From positions 4,512,001 through 4,576,000 of the forward strand of contig OZ242296.1 in assembly GCA_965207735.1 (NCBI GenBank): a stretch of DNA of 64,000 bases, given 5' to 3'. The position numbers and the translations under genes were made by a program. Within the stretch, counting starts at the first letter, position 1; each line of letters opens with the position of its first letter. Positions 42,504 through 52,247 of this stretch are shown here, in pieces. Source of the stretch: Candidatus Versatilivorator sp. Its GTDB lineage: Bacteria; Acidobacteriota; Terriglobia; Versatilivoradales; Versatilivoraceae. The notes under the pieces are model-generated. The model searched no databases, had not been told where the DNA came from, and worked only from the letters and a program-made list of their open reading frames with translations.

Positions 42504-43766
42504 TCATCGAAACTGAACAGAGCTTCCGAAAACGTCCATTCCCAAGAATCGTAGACCCTTCATGGTTCGGCCGTTAAATGGCGGAACACCGTCCTTGTTG
42601 ACCCAGCCAAACAACTCCAGTGTGCAGTTCTTTCCCCAGTCAGATAACCTGTACTCGGATTCATAGATACAATCGTATGCCCGTTGAACGTAATCGCCGG
42701 GTCCAAATGCTAAATGATGAAACGATTTCCGGATTCGTTCGATCCGGTTTTTTTGTTTGAACCCCTCAATGAAACTCTCAAGTCCTCCCTCGGTAAAGCG
42801 GCGCATCTCGACGAACGCCGCACACGCCTGAATCATGTCCACAATCTCGTCAATCCCAACAGATCCCAGGGACCGTTCGTCACCGAACAGACGTTCCAGT
42901 CGGTCAATGCGGTCGACTCGATCCGCATAAATGGTCAAGTTATCCTTCATCTTCATCCATTCCGTGACGTATTTGTAGATATTGTTCTTCAAATCGTCTC
43001 CGGAACGGAGTGGTTTCTGATGGAGAAGCTCATCCGTCGTTTGGCCCTTCACCCAATAGAGAAAGCGGTCAATCTCGTACTTGGAGGAAAATTTCGTAAA
43101 GGCTGGGTGTCGGTTTGGTGCTTCCGAGTAGGTTGTTTCTACCGACCGGTAGGCAGGGATCAGCCCTTCCACATAAAAGGCGCGAAATGTCTCAAGATAG
43201 GTTCTTGTGCGATTTACGGCCTGGGAGCTCACTCTGATCGTCGGAGGAGACCATGAGTCGATTCCTGGGATGGAAGGAAATGACCGAGGCTTGTTGTTTC
43301 GTCGCCATTCCCGGAAACAATTCAGCGTATGGTCTGTTAGAACGCTTGCCGAACTCCACAATTCACCAAACAGCGCGGGAATGTCGTCAAATACCGGATC
43401 TTCGGACCGGACGGATACAGATAGTTCTCTGTTTAACCTGAGGCCAGGATCTGTAAGGTTGGCAGACCCGACCAAGGCAACATTGTCCAGAATGTAGAAC
43501 TTTGCATGAAAATCATCTGTAAAAAACCGGATATCCACGTTTCCAGATGCTCTGGCTTTCTCCAGAGCTTTCGTTGAAGTGACTTCACATAGGCGCACCA
43601 ACAAGAGAATCTTCCCGCAACCAGCTGATACCAGAATTTCTATTGGTTCGGAATCAGTGAAAAAGGGACAGGCAAGGTATGCCGTTCTAACATTCTTCGC
43701 ATGCCTGCGAAAAAAGTTAATCGTCAAATCCCCGGCGCCAGGTCGATTTGTAAACGATTCATTCAT
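42504..43766 (-). CDS. Phospholipase D-like (HKD) nuclease-domain protein
   Basis: Single HKD-type motif FHAKFYILD...VGSANLT...NRE; lower GC. Confidence 0.85.
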   Translation of the reverse strand: MNESFTNRPGAGDLTINFFRRHAKNVRTAYLACPFFTDSEPIEILVSAGCGKILLLVRLCEVTSTKALEKARASGNVDIRFFTDDFHAKFYILDNVALVGSANLTDPGLRLNRELSVSVRSEDPVFDDIPALFGELWSSASVLTDHTLNCFREWRRNNKPRSFPSIPGIDSWSPPTIRVSSQAVNRTRTYLETFRAFYVEGLIPAYRSVETTYSEAPNRHPAFTKFSSKYEIDRFLYWVKGQTTDELLHQKPLRSGDDLKNNIYKYVTEWMKMKDNLTIYADRVDRIDRLERLFGDERSLGSVGIDEIVDMIQACAAFVEMRRFTEGGLESFIEGFKQKNRIERIRKSFHHLAFGPGDYVQRAYDCIYESEYRLSDWGKNCTLELFGWVNKDGVPPFNGRTMKGLRFLGMDVFGSSVQFR

Positions 43767-43947
43767 AGTCCCGTGACCGGCAACCTGGGAGGGATTTTGG
43801 CCGCGTTGGTTGACCTCCCCCCAAAACGCCTTGATGACCTTTCTTAAGCCTTATCTACAAATCCTGGTAAAACATGCGGCTTAGTGCCCAAGCCAATGAG
43901 GAGGGCCCCAGAAGGCTGCGGGGGACAATCAGGGATCACTGTACAAC

Positions 43948-44637
43948 CTACTTCCCACCGAATGTGTTGAACAACTCAAACGAATACTGCCTAAAGAATT
44001 TAAGATAGCGATAGAAGAGCATCAAGCACACAACAAGGGCTGTGTACCCATACCTTGTCAGCATAGGTTCTTCCGCTCCGCCAATAGCAAATTTCATCAG
44101 ACATCCTATACCAACCACGCCAGTTGCGAATGATAGATTACGGCTGAAACCATATTTGTTGAGGAAACTATCAAGCCGTCGGAGAAGACGGTCGTCGGAC
44201 CTAATTTCTTCACAGAATCTCACATGTAAAAACAGATCCTCCCCCAACACTGTGATGCCTTGAAGACGAGCTTTCTCCTGAATCCTTTTCCTTCTTTGGA
44301 TAGGCAAAGCCACATAAAATCCAGAAAACAAAAATCCACGAATTCTGGGTCTTCTTTCGCGAAACAGATTTACACTTGGTTTCTCAAGTACTCTACGAAC
44401 GATACCGTCTTCCAGCAGAGCCTTTGCCGGTGTTGCCGCGATCTGCCCGGCCACGTAGATTCCGAGAAGTAAGACGGCACTATCGACGACCCCGAATTCA
44501 TGACCGATCACTTCAGGAAACCCTAAGACTATCTGCATCCCAACGACAAGAACCAAGCCGGAGGCTAAATGGCCGAAGAAGTCGTATGGATCAAATGGTA
44601 TGCGTTCCATGGAAGATATTTTAGATCGATCAATCAC
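43948..44637 (-). CDS. Hypothetical membrane protein (about 4 TM)
   Basis: Two N-terminal and two C-terminal hydrophobic helices around a basic soluble loop; lies 25 bp after the MBL stop codon. Confidence 0.75.
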   Translation of the reverse strand: MIDRSKISSMERIPFDPYDFFGHLASGLVLVVGMQIVLGFPEVIGHEFGVVDSAVLLLGIYVAGQIAATPAKALLEDGIVRRVLEKPSVNLFRERRPRIRGFLFSGFYVALPIQRRKRIQEKARLQGITVLGEDLFLHVRFCEEIRSDDRLLRRLDSFLNKYGFSRNLSFATGVVGIGCLMKFAIGGAEEPMLTRYGYTALVVCLMLFYRYLKFFRQYSFELFNTFGGK

Positions 44638-44924
44638 TCAATCGGTGGTGTGCAACACATACCTATACGTTCCACGATACCGAGCCGTCTTTACGCGTCG
44701 ATATCACGTGTCGCCGTTCCCCGTTGAAATTCACTCCAGAAGCATGCCTCCCATAAATTGATGCCATTTCTTGAGTTGCATATTTGATTGGACTGTCTGA
44801 GAAAACAACGACGTCTGGACGACAGATTCTAAACACTTCTGCACAGTAGCCGTTCTCTCTACCGTGGTGTGAGGCAAGAAAAACATTGACATTAGACAGT
44901 TTGCTCTTGAATTGATTGTTATTT

Positions 44925-46411
44925 GAGCCTTTTGCAAAATTCGCAGATAGCGGGAATTTTCACGTGGGGAAAGATCAAGGAGGGCAGGTGGAAGGAGGGG
45001 CAAGACCACTGTCTGTTGTATCATGAAGGTGTCTGAACCACATGATGAACGGAGGTGGAACTTGCCCCTTAGGGAAACCCTATCACGACACTGGTTCCGG
45101 TTTCAACGAGAGCTGTTTCCCCTGCTGGAGGAAGTTTTGGGGCCTCTGGGAGAGCGTTACCAGCGGCTGGTGCAGGTATTGGAGTTGGTGCGGGTGGAGG
45201 AGTTGCTGCCTTACAGTCGGGGCTGGCGTGGCCGGCCGCTGGAGGATCGGGCAGTGCTGGCGCGAGCCTATCTGGCGAAGTCGATGCTGGAGGTGGCGAC
45301 CACGCGGGGATTGGTGGAGCGGCTGAGGAGTGAGGGGAGGCTGCGGCGGCTGTGCGGCTGGGAGAGGGCGTGGGAGGTACCGAGCGAGTCGACCTTCTCG
45401 CGGGCCTTTGCGGAATTCGCTGAGAGCGACCTGCCGGGGCGTTTGCACGAGGCATTGCTGGAGGAGACGCTGAAGGGCCACTTGGCGGGGCATGTGTCGA
45501 GGGACTCGACGGCGATTGCGGGACGGGAAAAGCCAGCGGCCAAGGCTGCGCCGGAGGCCAAGCGGAAACGCCGGCGGGGCCGGCCGCCGAAGGGCGAGCG
45601 ACGGCCCAAGCGGTTGAGCCGGCTGGAGCGGCAGGGGTCGATGACGCTGGAGGAAATGTTGAAGGAGTTGCCCAAGGCCTGCGACATCGGCGTCAAGCGC
45701 AACGCCAAGGGGCATCAGGAGAGCTGGACCGGCTACAAGCTACACCTCGACGCCATTGACGGCGGGATTCCGGTCAGTTGTCTGCTGACCTCGGCCTCGG
45801 TGCATGACTCTCAGGCAGCCATTCCGCTGGCGACGCTGACGGCAAGGCGGGTCGAGAGTCTCTACGACTTGATGGACAGCGCCTACGATGCGCCGGAGAT
45901 CCGGGCCTTCAGTGAGAAGCTGGGGCATGTGCCGATTATTGACGTCAACCCCCGCCGAAGAGCTACCTTGAAAGCCGAGCGGAAGCGGGAGGCACTGGCC
46001 CGGCGCTGTATCGGCCAAGTGACTCCCGAGGCGCGGCGCTACCGGGAACGCTCGACGGTGGAGCGGGTCAACGGACGGCTCAAGGAGGAGTTTGGCGGGA
46101 GGCAGGTGAGGGTTCGCGGCCCCGACAAGGTGAGGTGCCACCTGATGTTCGGCATTCTGGCCCTGACGGTGGATCAGTTGATGCGCCTGACGCTCTGAAG
46201 ACCGGGTTGCCACCCCCAACCGCACAGCAGGTTCGCCCGCCTCAAGGCCGGGAGAGGGTAAGCTGTGCCTGCGTCCGGCGACCGCTGGCCATCCGGCCAT
46301 CAGATTCGGGCTTTTTCCTTCAAAAGGGTCTTTGCAGCTGGGTAGTCACCGCCGGAACATCACTGTTGCCAGCCCAATGTCATGCCCGATTCCGAATTTT
46401 GCAAAAGGCTC
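44925..46411 (+). mobile_element. Insertion sequence (DDE, IS5/IS1182-like), 1487 bp, copy 2
   Basis: Same length, TIRs and protein as copy 1; TSD ATTT (44921-44924 and 46412-46415). Confidence 0.93.
45023..46198 (+). CDS. DDE transposase (identical protein to 10960-12135)
   Basis: Identical translation in the ORF track. Confidence 0.93.
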   Translation: MKVSEPHDERRWNLPLRETLSRHWFRFQRELFPLLEEVLGPLGERYQRLVQVLELVRVEELLPYSRGWRGRPLEDRAVLARAYLAKSMLEVATTRGLVERLRSEGRLRRLCGWERAWEVPSESTFSRAFAEFAESDLPGRLHEALLEETLKGHLAGHVSRDSTAIAGREKPAAKAAPEAKRKRRRGRPPKGERRPKRLSRLERQGSMTLEEMLKELPKACDIGVKRNAKGHQESWTGYKLHLDAIDGGIPVSCLLTSASVHDSQAAIPLATLTARRVESLYDLMDSAYDAPEIRAFSEKLGHVPIIDVNPRRRATLKAERKREALARRCIGQVTPEARRYRERSTVERVNGRLKEEFGGRQVRVRGPDKVRCHLMFGILALTVDQLMRLTL

Positions 46412-47149
46412 ATTTAGCAATCGCTTCCATCCGACCACCTCAAGATCACCCGGAATGATGAGCCGAACAGTTCCAAACTCAAGGAACGTCACAAGACTGA
46501 TGTTGTTGGTGTCGCTAAAATCAGTTCTATAGTTGTTGCAGAAAGTTGAATACTGCACCCCAGGAAATTCGGGATAAGCGGTTGGGCTACTCGTATATGT
46601 TCGAATCATATCGAGCATTGAACCCATCGCTACGGAAATCGGTCCAGATTGCTGTTTCAACCTCTTCAGTTGCTCCCCTGAGATGCTTCTATTTCGACAA
46701 AGAAGTCGGATACTCATTTCCGTGCGAAGATTGGGAAGATCACTTATGTGGTCTTCGTCGTAGTTAGTCACAAAGAAGTAATCAATCCGCTGAATCCCCC
46801 TATCAGGCAAGAATACGGATGGTCGATTCTGCTCATGGTGTCCACAATCCCAGAGCATTACGTTTCCGTTATCGTGGACAAGTGATATGCACAAGCCATG
46901 CCCTACATCGTTAATTGTCACTTTCATAGATCTGACTGCTCCAGTTGACCTCCCCCCCAATTTAGGTCCACCCCCAGAGTGAGGAATTGGGTATATTATC
47001 GCCGTCGTCGAGGCTGTGGGAAAGTGGGAAACTCGCGTCCAGTGACGTTTTCCGGCACAGTCTACACCACAACGGCGGGAGCACCGCCCTCTGCGAGGGG
47101 GGAATACGGGGCTTGTCTGCGCAACTGGTCCGCACAATTCGACAATGAC

Positions 47150-47470
47150 TTTCTAATTGCGGTCATTTGGCGCCACGAGTTTGTCCCCGGAAACGTAAGT
47201 CGTCGATCATTCCTGCGCCGTTGGAGGCTGGCGTGTCCTGCCCTATTGGTAGATCTTCTCCATGATGGCATTGAGGCCGCCATGGCGTTCGACCATCGCC
47301 CAATCGGCATCGGCGATGGCGTGGCGGAGAAAGTCGCTTCCTGGGCAGCCGGTCGACTGTCGCTGGCTCCCCAGAACCCGAGTGCCCGCCCGCCGGGTTC
47401 GAGATGTTTCTGCTGTCAGGCCATCGCGACCACCTCGACGCGGCGGCCCCTCTGCCGGAGTTTTTCCCAA
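47150..47470 (-). pseudogene. Degenerate C-terminal remnant of the Rep-like gene
   Basis: LRHAIADADWAMVERHGGLNAIMEKI matches LRWAVSSADWETVERYGGLNAALKKI of 54384-55379. Confidence 0.75.
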
Positions 47471-47532
47471 TGGTTCCGGCGCGTAGCGCGCGTACTCGTC
47501 ACACTGTTGATCGTCAAATCGCCCTGATCGTT

Positions 47533-50136
47533 CTAGTAGTCGGTGGCCGTGTCGCTGCGGTAAAGGGCTTCGGCGTTGGTGGCTTCTGCGATGTCCTTGC
47601 GTGTGGAAGCATCCATGAGATCCAAGACACGCAACGTGCCTTCCGTCATGCGCGCAACCGATTCGATTCGGTGGAATCTCTCGCCGTAGGTGGCGGCGAA
47701 GTCAGCCAGGCCGCACAGCTTGGGAATCGCGTCGGCGAAGTGAGGGCCGTGGGGGTCGACAATCGAGACCTTTGTCTTCTGGCCACCGCCGTGGAAGAAC
47801 AGGAAGTCGGGGCACATCCGGCGCCAATTGTCCCTAGCATTCTGGTACGCGATTGCGAGTGCATCGCCTGACGGGCGTGGAGGGTTCCGATACCAAGCCT
47901 GGAACCCCGGGCGTCCCATCTCCTTGTCGAGGACTTCGATTTCCCACTTGTTCAGTGAGCCGACGGGGAAGTTCCCGTTGCTGTCGGACATTAGATGGCC
48001 TGTCCGGGTCTCCAACTCGTTGCCGTCGGCGTCCTTGGTTTCTTCGGTGCGGACTCGGGGCTGCTTGACCTCGATCACCTGTGGCTCGGCCGACATGCCC
48101 TTGATCTCGTCGTATACGGCCCGGCGATCGTCTGTTAGGCCCTTGATGGCAACCCGGTACTCACCGAACCACCGTTTGGCAATCCTGTCGGCTTCCCGGT
48201 CGAGCTCGTCCGATACGCTGTCGATCTGTCCTAGAGCGGCGACCTTGACATGGGCGTCAAACAGACCGTCGTCGTGTTCGTCCCCGCTCGCGAGGTGGTC
48301 AGCGTACTTGCGTGCCAAGTCCGCAGTAAAGGTACGGCAAGCGGCCCTGAAGTCCTCCTCGACGGATTGCTCATCAGCGACTGCCACGAACGGCTGGTAC
48401 CCAAGAACCTCACCGTCGATGACGCGGGTGACGACAGTCTCGCCCTGCACCTCAAGGATTCCCTTGCTGGCGGCAGCCACCTCTACTCGATGCTGGGCCA
48501 GCAGGCCGTCAAGCTTGGCGAAGAGCCTCTGATAGGCATGCTTGCGTGCATTCGCCCTCAGTCCATCTCGCGACAGTGCTTGGCCCAGTGCAGCTAGTCT
48601 TCCTACTGGGCGCGCGGCCCTCCGCGGCAATGTCTGGGAGGGCACTCCATCAAGCGCATTCCACACTTCCTCCGAAATCGCTTGGTTGACGTTCATGTCG
48701 ACTGGTGCCAGGAGGACGCGGCGTCCAGTTCCACCCCCTGTTCCGTCGGCGTCGTGCTCGCGGTCGCCCATCATGGCCCTCGCAACTCTGTTGGCAGTGT
48801 TCCGGTCAAAGCACGGCAACAGGCACGCGACGGAGTTCAGCACGTCGTCGCCCGGCACCCGTCTGGCCAGCGGCGTCCGGACCATTCGCCCAAGTAGTTG
48901 GGTGATATGGGTCTCGTCCTGAGCTGGGCGAAACGACACGAGCACCTCAGCGCGCGGACAGTCCCAACCAGTGGAGATTGCGTCCTTTGCGAAGAGCACC
49001 CGGATGCTGGTGCGGTCCTGCACAGTCTCTGGTCGAATGTGGGGGACATAGAACCCGCCGACCTTGATCGCCGCGTGGTCGCCGAAAACATGGGCCATCG
49101 CGTGTTCGGCGATTTCCGGCCACGTCTGGCGGACCGTGGTGAACGCAGACTGAAGCAACTCATCCGAGGGCATGTTCGGCACTTGGACGACCAAGAGCGG
49201 CACCACCGCGTCCGCCGACATGCCTTCCCGCTTAGAGTATGCTCGCCATCGATCTGTGGCCTCCTTCACTTTCTCGGTGGCGCGGGCGAGCAGGACAGTG
49301 TTGAACTGACCGATCTCGGCGGGGAAATCCAATCGGATGTTGTCCTTGAGCAGTCCGGATTCCTGAATCCGCGCGGGGTCAACCACCACATGTGGATAGG
49401 TGGTCCGCCCTTCAGCCCTTTCCATCGCCTCATCAAAGCGTTGTACGGTCGCCGAGATTCCCCAGACGATTGGCACCGGCGGGACACCGTTTGCACCATT
49501 GATGAGCCGCTGCACGATCGTTGCCTTCTCCGTCCGGTCGTTCTGCTCAGCTCGGGCGCTTTGGTTCGGCGGCCTCATGCCCCGGTGGGCTTCGTCGAGG
49601 ATGAGGTATAGGGTAAGCCTTTTGTCGGAGATGGTGTTCGCCAGCGTATCCCACAGCGTATAGGCTCGCGCGTCCGGCATCGGCAGGAGGTCACGCTGTG
49701 CCTTTTCCGCAGCATCCTCTGGTGCTCCCCTGACCAGCAGGGACTTCCTCGCCAGCTTCTGGCGATTGAGGAAGTAGACCTTGCCCGCTTCGAGTTTCGC
49801 TCGGTTGAAGGTGTTCTGGATGACCACGAAGCGTGAATGAGCGAGACGATCGGAGGCATCTAGCAAGCGGAACCGGGTCTGCTCATTGAGCGACGGGTCG
49901 TCTGTGAACCACAGCACGACAGCGCCGGGGTCGGAATCGAACTCGTGGGTAGAATTGCCGTTGAACAGCGCCTCGATCACTGCTGCTGCCATCACGGTCT
50001 TACCCGCGCCGGTCGTTGCCGTCAACGAGAATGCTACCGGCGACCGCCATCGATGCCAGTCGTCCCGCGCGCGAGCGAGAAGCCCCAGCGCATCGGCGAC
50101 AGCGTCCTCCTGGTATTCCTTGAGCGTGTAGCGCAC
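47533..50136 (-). CDS. res: Type III restriction-modification restriction subunit (helicase plus PD-(D/E)xK nuclease)
   Basis: TTGAGKT, ILDEAH, SAT, ISTGWD, QLLGRMVR, WYRNP and PDFLF...IVDPHG; GTG start just after the mod stop. Confidence 0.88.
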   Translation of the reverse strand: MRYTLKEYQEDAVADALGLLARARDDWHRWRSPVAFSLTATTGAGKTVMAAAVIEALFNGNSTHEFDSDPGAVVLWFTDDPSLNEQTRFRLLDASDRLAHSRFVVIQNTFNRAKLEAGKVYFLNRQKLARKSLLVRGAPEDAAEKAQRDLLPMPDARAYTLWDTLANTISDKRLTLYLILDEAHRGMRPPNQSARAEQNDRTEKATIVQRLINGANGVPPVPIVWGISATVQRFDEAMERAEGRTTYPHVVVDPARIQESGLLKDNIRLDFPAEIGQFNTVLLARATEKVKEATDRWRAYSKREGMSADAVVPLLVVQVPNMPSDELLQSAFTTVRQTWPEIAEHAMAHVFGDHAAIKVGGFYVPHIRPETVQDRTSIRVLFAKDAISTGWDCPRAEVLVSFRPAQDETHITQLLGRMVRTPLARRVPGDDVLNSVACLLPCFDRNTANRVARAMMGDREHDADGTGGGTGRRVLLAPVDMNVNQAISEEVWNALDGVPSQTLPRRAARPVGRLAALGQALSRDGLRANARKHAYQRLFAKLDGLLAQHRVEVAAASKGILEVQGETVVTRVIDGEVLGYQPFVAVADEQSVEEDFRAACRTFTADLARKYADHLASGDEHDDGLFDAHVKVAALGQIDSVSDELDREADRIAKRWFGEYRVAIKGLTDDRRAVYDEIKGMSAEPQVIEVKQPRVRTEETKDADGNELETRTGHLMSDSNGNFPVGSLNKWEIEVLDKEMGRPGFQAWYRNPPRPSGDALAIAYQNARDNWRRMCPDFLFFHGGGQKTKVSIVDPHGPHFADAIPKLCGLADFAATYGERFHRIESVARMTEGTLRVLDLMDASTRKDIAEATNAEALYRSDTATDY

Positions 50137-50138
50137 GG

Positions 50139-52247
50139 CTAAACCTGACCCGTGTTGATCATAAAGTTGGTGAGATACGACTCGTATAGCCGCACGGCTT
50201 CCACCCTTGCGGGCAGTTCGCCACACACCGTTTGGAACCCGCGGTCATCGTCCGTCACAACGAAAGCCATTCGGACGGTTTGGGCTCGGCGAACGGTGGA
50301 GAGGAACCCCCCGGAAGCGTCCAGATCGAAAAGTACACCGTACGTGTCCGCCACGTCGTAGTCATCACAGGCCACTTCGATTCGGCGTCCGTGCGACCCG
50401 GCCCTGATCCAAAGCAGCGGCGCTATCGCCTCGAACGCCCGGTTGTGGGCCACGGGTCGGGGTGCCTCGTAGGTCATGGTGAAGAACTCCACATTCTCCT
50501 CGAACCCGTCGGCAATTGGGAGGTCGTACATGTAGTATCCTTCGACCGGCACTCCGCTTGGGGTCTTCCCGGTCACGGCAGCCGCTACGCGGGGCTTCGT
50601 AATGTGCTCACAGATCCCCAGCGCCTCCCAATGGGGGTCGCCTGGCCGCAAACCCTGCTTCCAGAGTCTCTCATGTTCGTCCGCCGACACCTCATTGTTG
50701 GTTACAAGGACGCATTGTCGCCGTCCACTGTCTTGCTGATTGAGGCGCATCACGGCATGTGCGGTGGTCCCTGAGCCAGCGAAGAAGTCGAGAACCACAG
50801 CCTGAGGCTTAGCGGCGACGAAAGTCGACAGGGCATCCTCGACTGCGTAGAGAGACTTCGGAAACGGAAACGATCTATCCGGGAGCAGCGAGCGCAGGAT
50901 CGACGTGCCGTAAGCACCCGCGTCATGACGACCATCTCGCCATACCGTACTGCGCCGCCCTGGTTTACCGCCCGAAAAGACGACGATCTTAGAGCCGTCT
51001 GGGCGCGTACCTATGACCCGAAGCTCCCTACCGGCCTCAACGAGCTTGATGTTCGTGGTCGTCAGGTAGGAGATCGTGTACGGTTGAGGCCCCTTCCCTG
51101 CCGTCACACGAACGTAACCGCCTTCCAGCGCCGCTCGAAGCGTCGCAGGCGTGAGGCCCCATATTTTCTCAAGGCCATCCGGATCCATCGGAAACACCGG
51201 CACAGCGCCACGAACATCAGGCACACTCGCCAGAGGCTCATCGGTCTTCATCGGTGATCCGATCTTGACGATCCGCTCACTCTGAATATCCACGTAGATC
51301 GGGTAGAACTGATTCGGACGCGACGCGCGAACCAACGTCTTCTGCCCACGCCGAAGGTACTGCCAGCGCACCTCCTGTTCGTCCCCGTCGAGCGGAGTCG
51401 TTGCCTGGACCGCTGCGGATCCGAGGAATACGAAGAAAGCGTACTCGTCGACGCGCGAAAATTCACTGGTCCTATTGGTTCCCCGGGGACTAATAGTGAT
51501 GCTCACCATCTGGACACGACTGGCCTCGAACACCTGCTTCAGCAACAGTCCCAGCCTCAGATACTCCTTCTCGTCGATCGTGATAATCAACACGGAGTTG
51601 TCGGGGTTGAGTAGCCGCTTGGCGAGCTTGAGTCGCCTTTCCATCATCGCCAGCCACTTCGAGTGGCGGTAGGCGTCCTCGCTGTCGACGTAGTCGTTAT
51701 TGTATTTCCAGTCCCTCGCGCCGGAGTTGTAGGGCGGATCGATGTAGATCGCATCGACGCGCCCTTCGTGGGTGTAGAGCAGGACCTGAAGCGCGTGGAA
51801 ATTCTCGGCGTTGATGACGGTGTGGAAGGGTCTGTCGCCACCCCGCTCCACCTTGCCGGTAGATACCAGCCCAGGGAACACCGGATCGCGGAACTCGACT
51901 ACAACGACCAAGTCCTCAACAGTCCGGCTCGTGGCTCCCGCCTGCTTGTCGCGGTGCGGGACCAAGTTGGCCACCCGCTTCCCGCCTGCGATTCGGCGAA
52001 TCCGCGTAACCCTCCACAAGCGACGGTCAGCGCTTTTCGGCTTCTCGCCCCGCCCGGCCAGGAACCTGACCTTGTCGCCTTTGCGCACTTGGCGGCCTGG
52101 CAGTTCCACCGTCTCGGGAATATGTCGCTCGAAGTTGAGGCCAAACGCACGCCGCCCGGACAGCGCATCCACCTCCCGCTTCAGGTCGGCAGCTAGCTGC
52201 GGGTCTTTCGTCTCTACCTGCCGAAGCAGGTTGCTCAACCTCGACAC
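50139..52247 (-). CDS. mod: Type III restriction-modification N6-adenine methyltransferase
   Basis: IYIDPPYN before DFFAGSGTT (beta order); FPFPKS. Confidence 0.9.
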   Translation of the reverse strand: MSRLSNLLRQVETKDPQLAADLKREVDALSGRRAFGLNFERHIPETVELPGRQVRKGDKVRFLAGRGEKPKSADRRLWRVTRIRRIAGGKRVANLVPHRDKQAGATSRTVEDLVVVVEFRDPVFPGLVSTGKVERGGDRPFHTVINAENFHALQVLLYTHEGRVDAIYIDPPYNSGARDWKYNNDYVDSEDAYRHSKWLAMMERRLKLAKRLLNPDNSVLIITIDEKEYLRLGLLLKQVFEASRVQMVSITISPRGTNRTSEFSRVDEYAFFVFLGSAAVQATTPLDGDEQEVRWQYLRRGQKTLVRASRPNQFYPIYVDIQSERIVKIGSPMKTDEPLASVPDVRGAVPVFPMDPDGLEKIWGLTPATLRAALEGGYVRVTAGKGPQPYTISYLTTTNIKLVEAGRELRVIGTRPDGSKIVVFSGGKPGRRSTVWRDGRHDAGAYGTSILRSLLPDRSFPFPKSLYAVEDALSTFVAAKPQAVVLDFFAGSGTTAHAVMRLNQQDSGRRQCVLVTNNEVSADEHERLWKQGLRPGDPHWEALGICEHITKPRVAAAVTGKTPSGVPVEGYYMYDLPIADGFEENVEFFTMTYEAPRPVAHNRAFEAIAPLLWIRAGSHGRRIEVACDDYDVADTYGVLFDLDASGGFLSTVRRAQTVRMAFVVTDDDRGFQTVCGELPARVEAVRLYESYLTNFMINTGQV

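Larger units (their letters stand above)
44663..46927 (-). pseudogene. ComEC/Rec2-like metallo-beta-lactamase-fold hydrolase interrupted by IS
   Basis: N-part has DVGHG, DCG, TNYDEDHISD and PGDLE; removing the IS and one TSD continues the frame into FLASHHGRENG...STRKDG to TAG at 44663. Confidence 0.88.

Noticed and set aside
46346-47137. 263-aa ORF as an intact protein
   Set aside because: The first 70 aa precede the true start and the tail reads into the IS; it is the 5' half of the interrupted MBL gene.
42504-52247. Integron cassette array
   Set aside because: No attC-like GTTRRRY/RYYYAAC structures were seen, and the integrase is P4-like rather than IntI.
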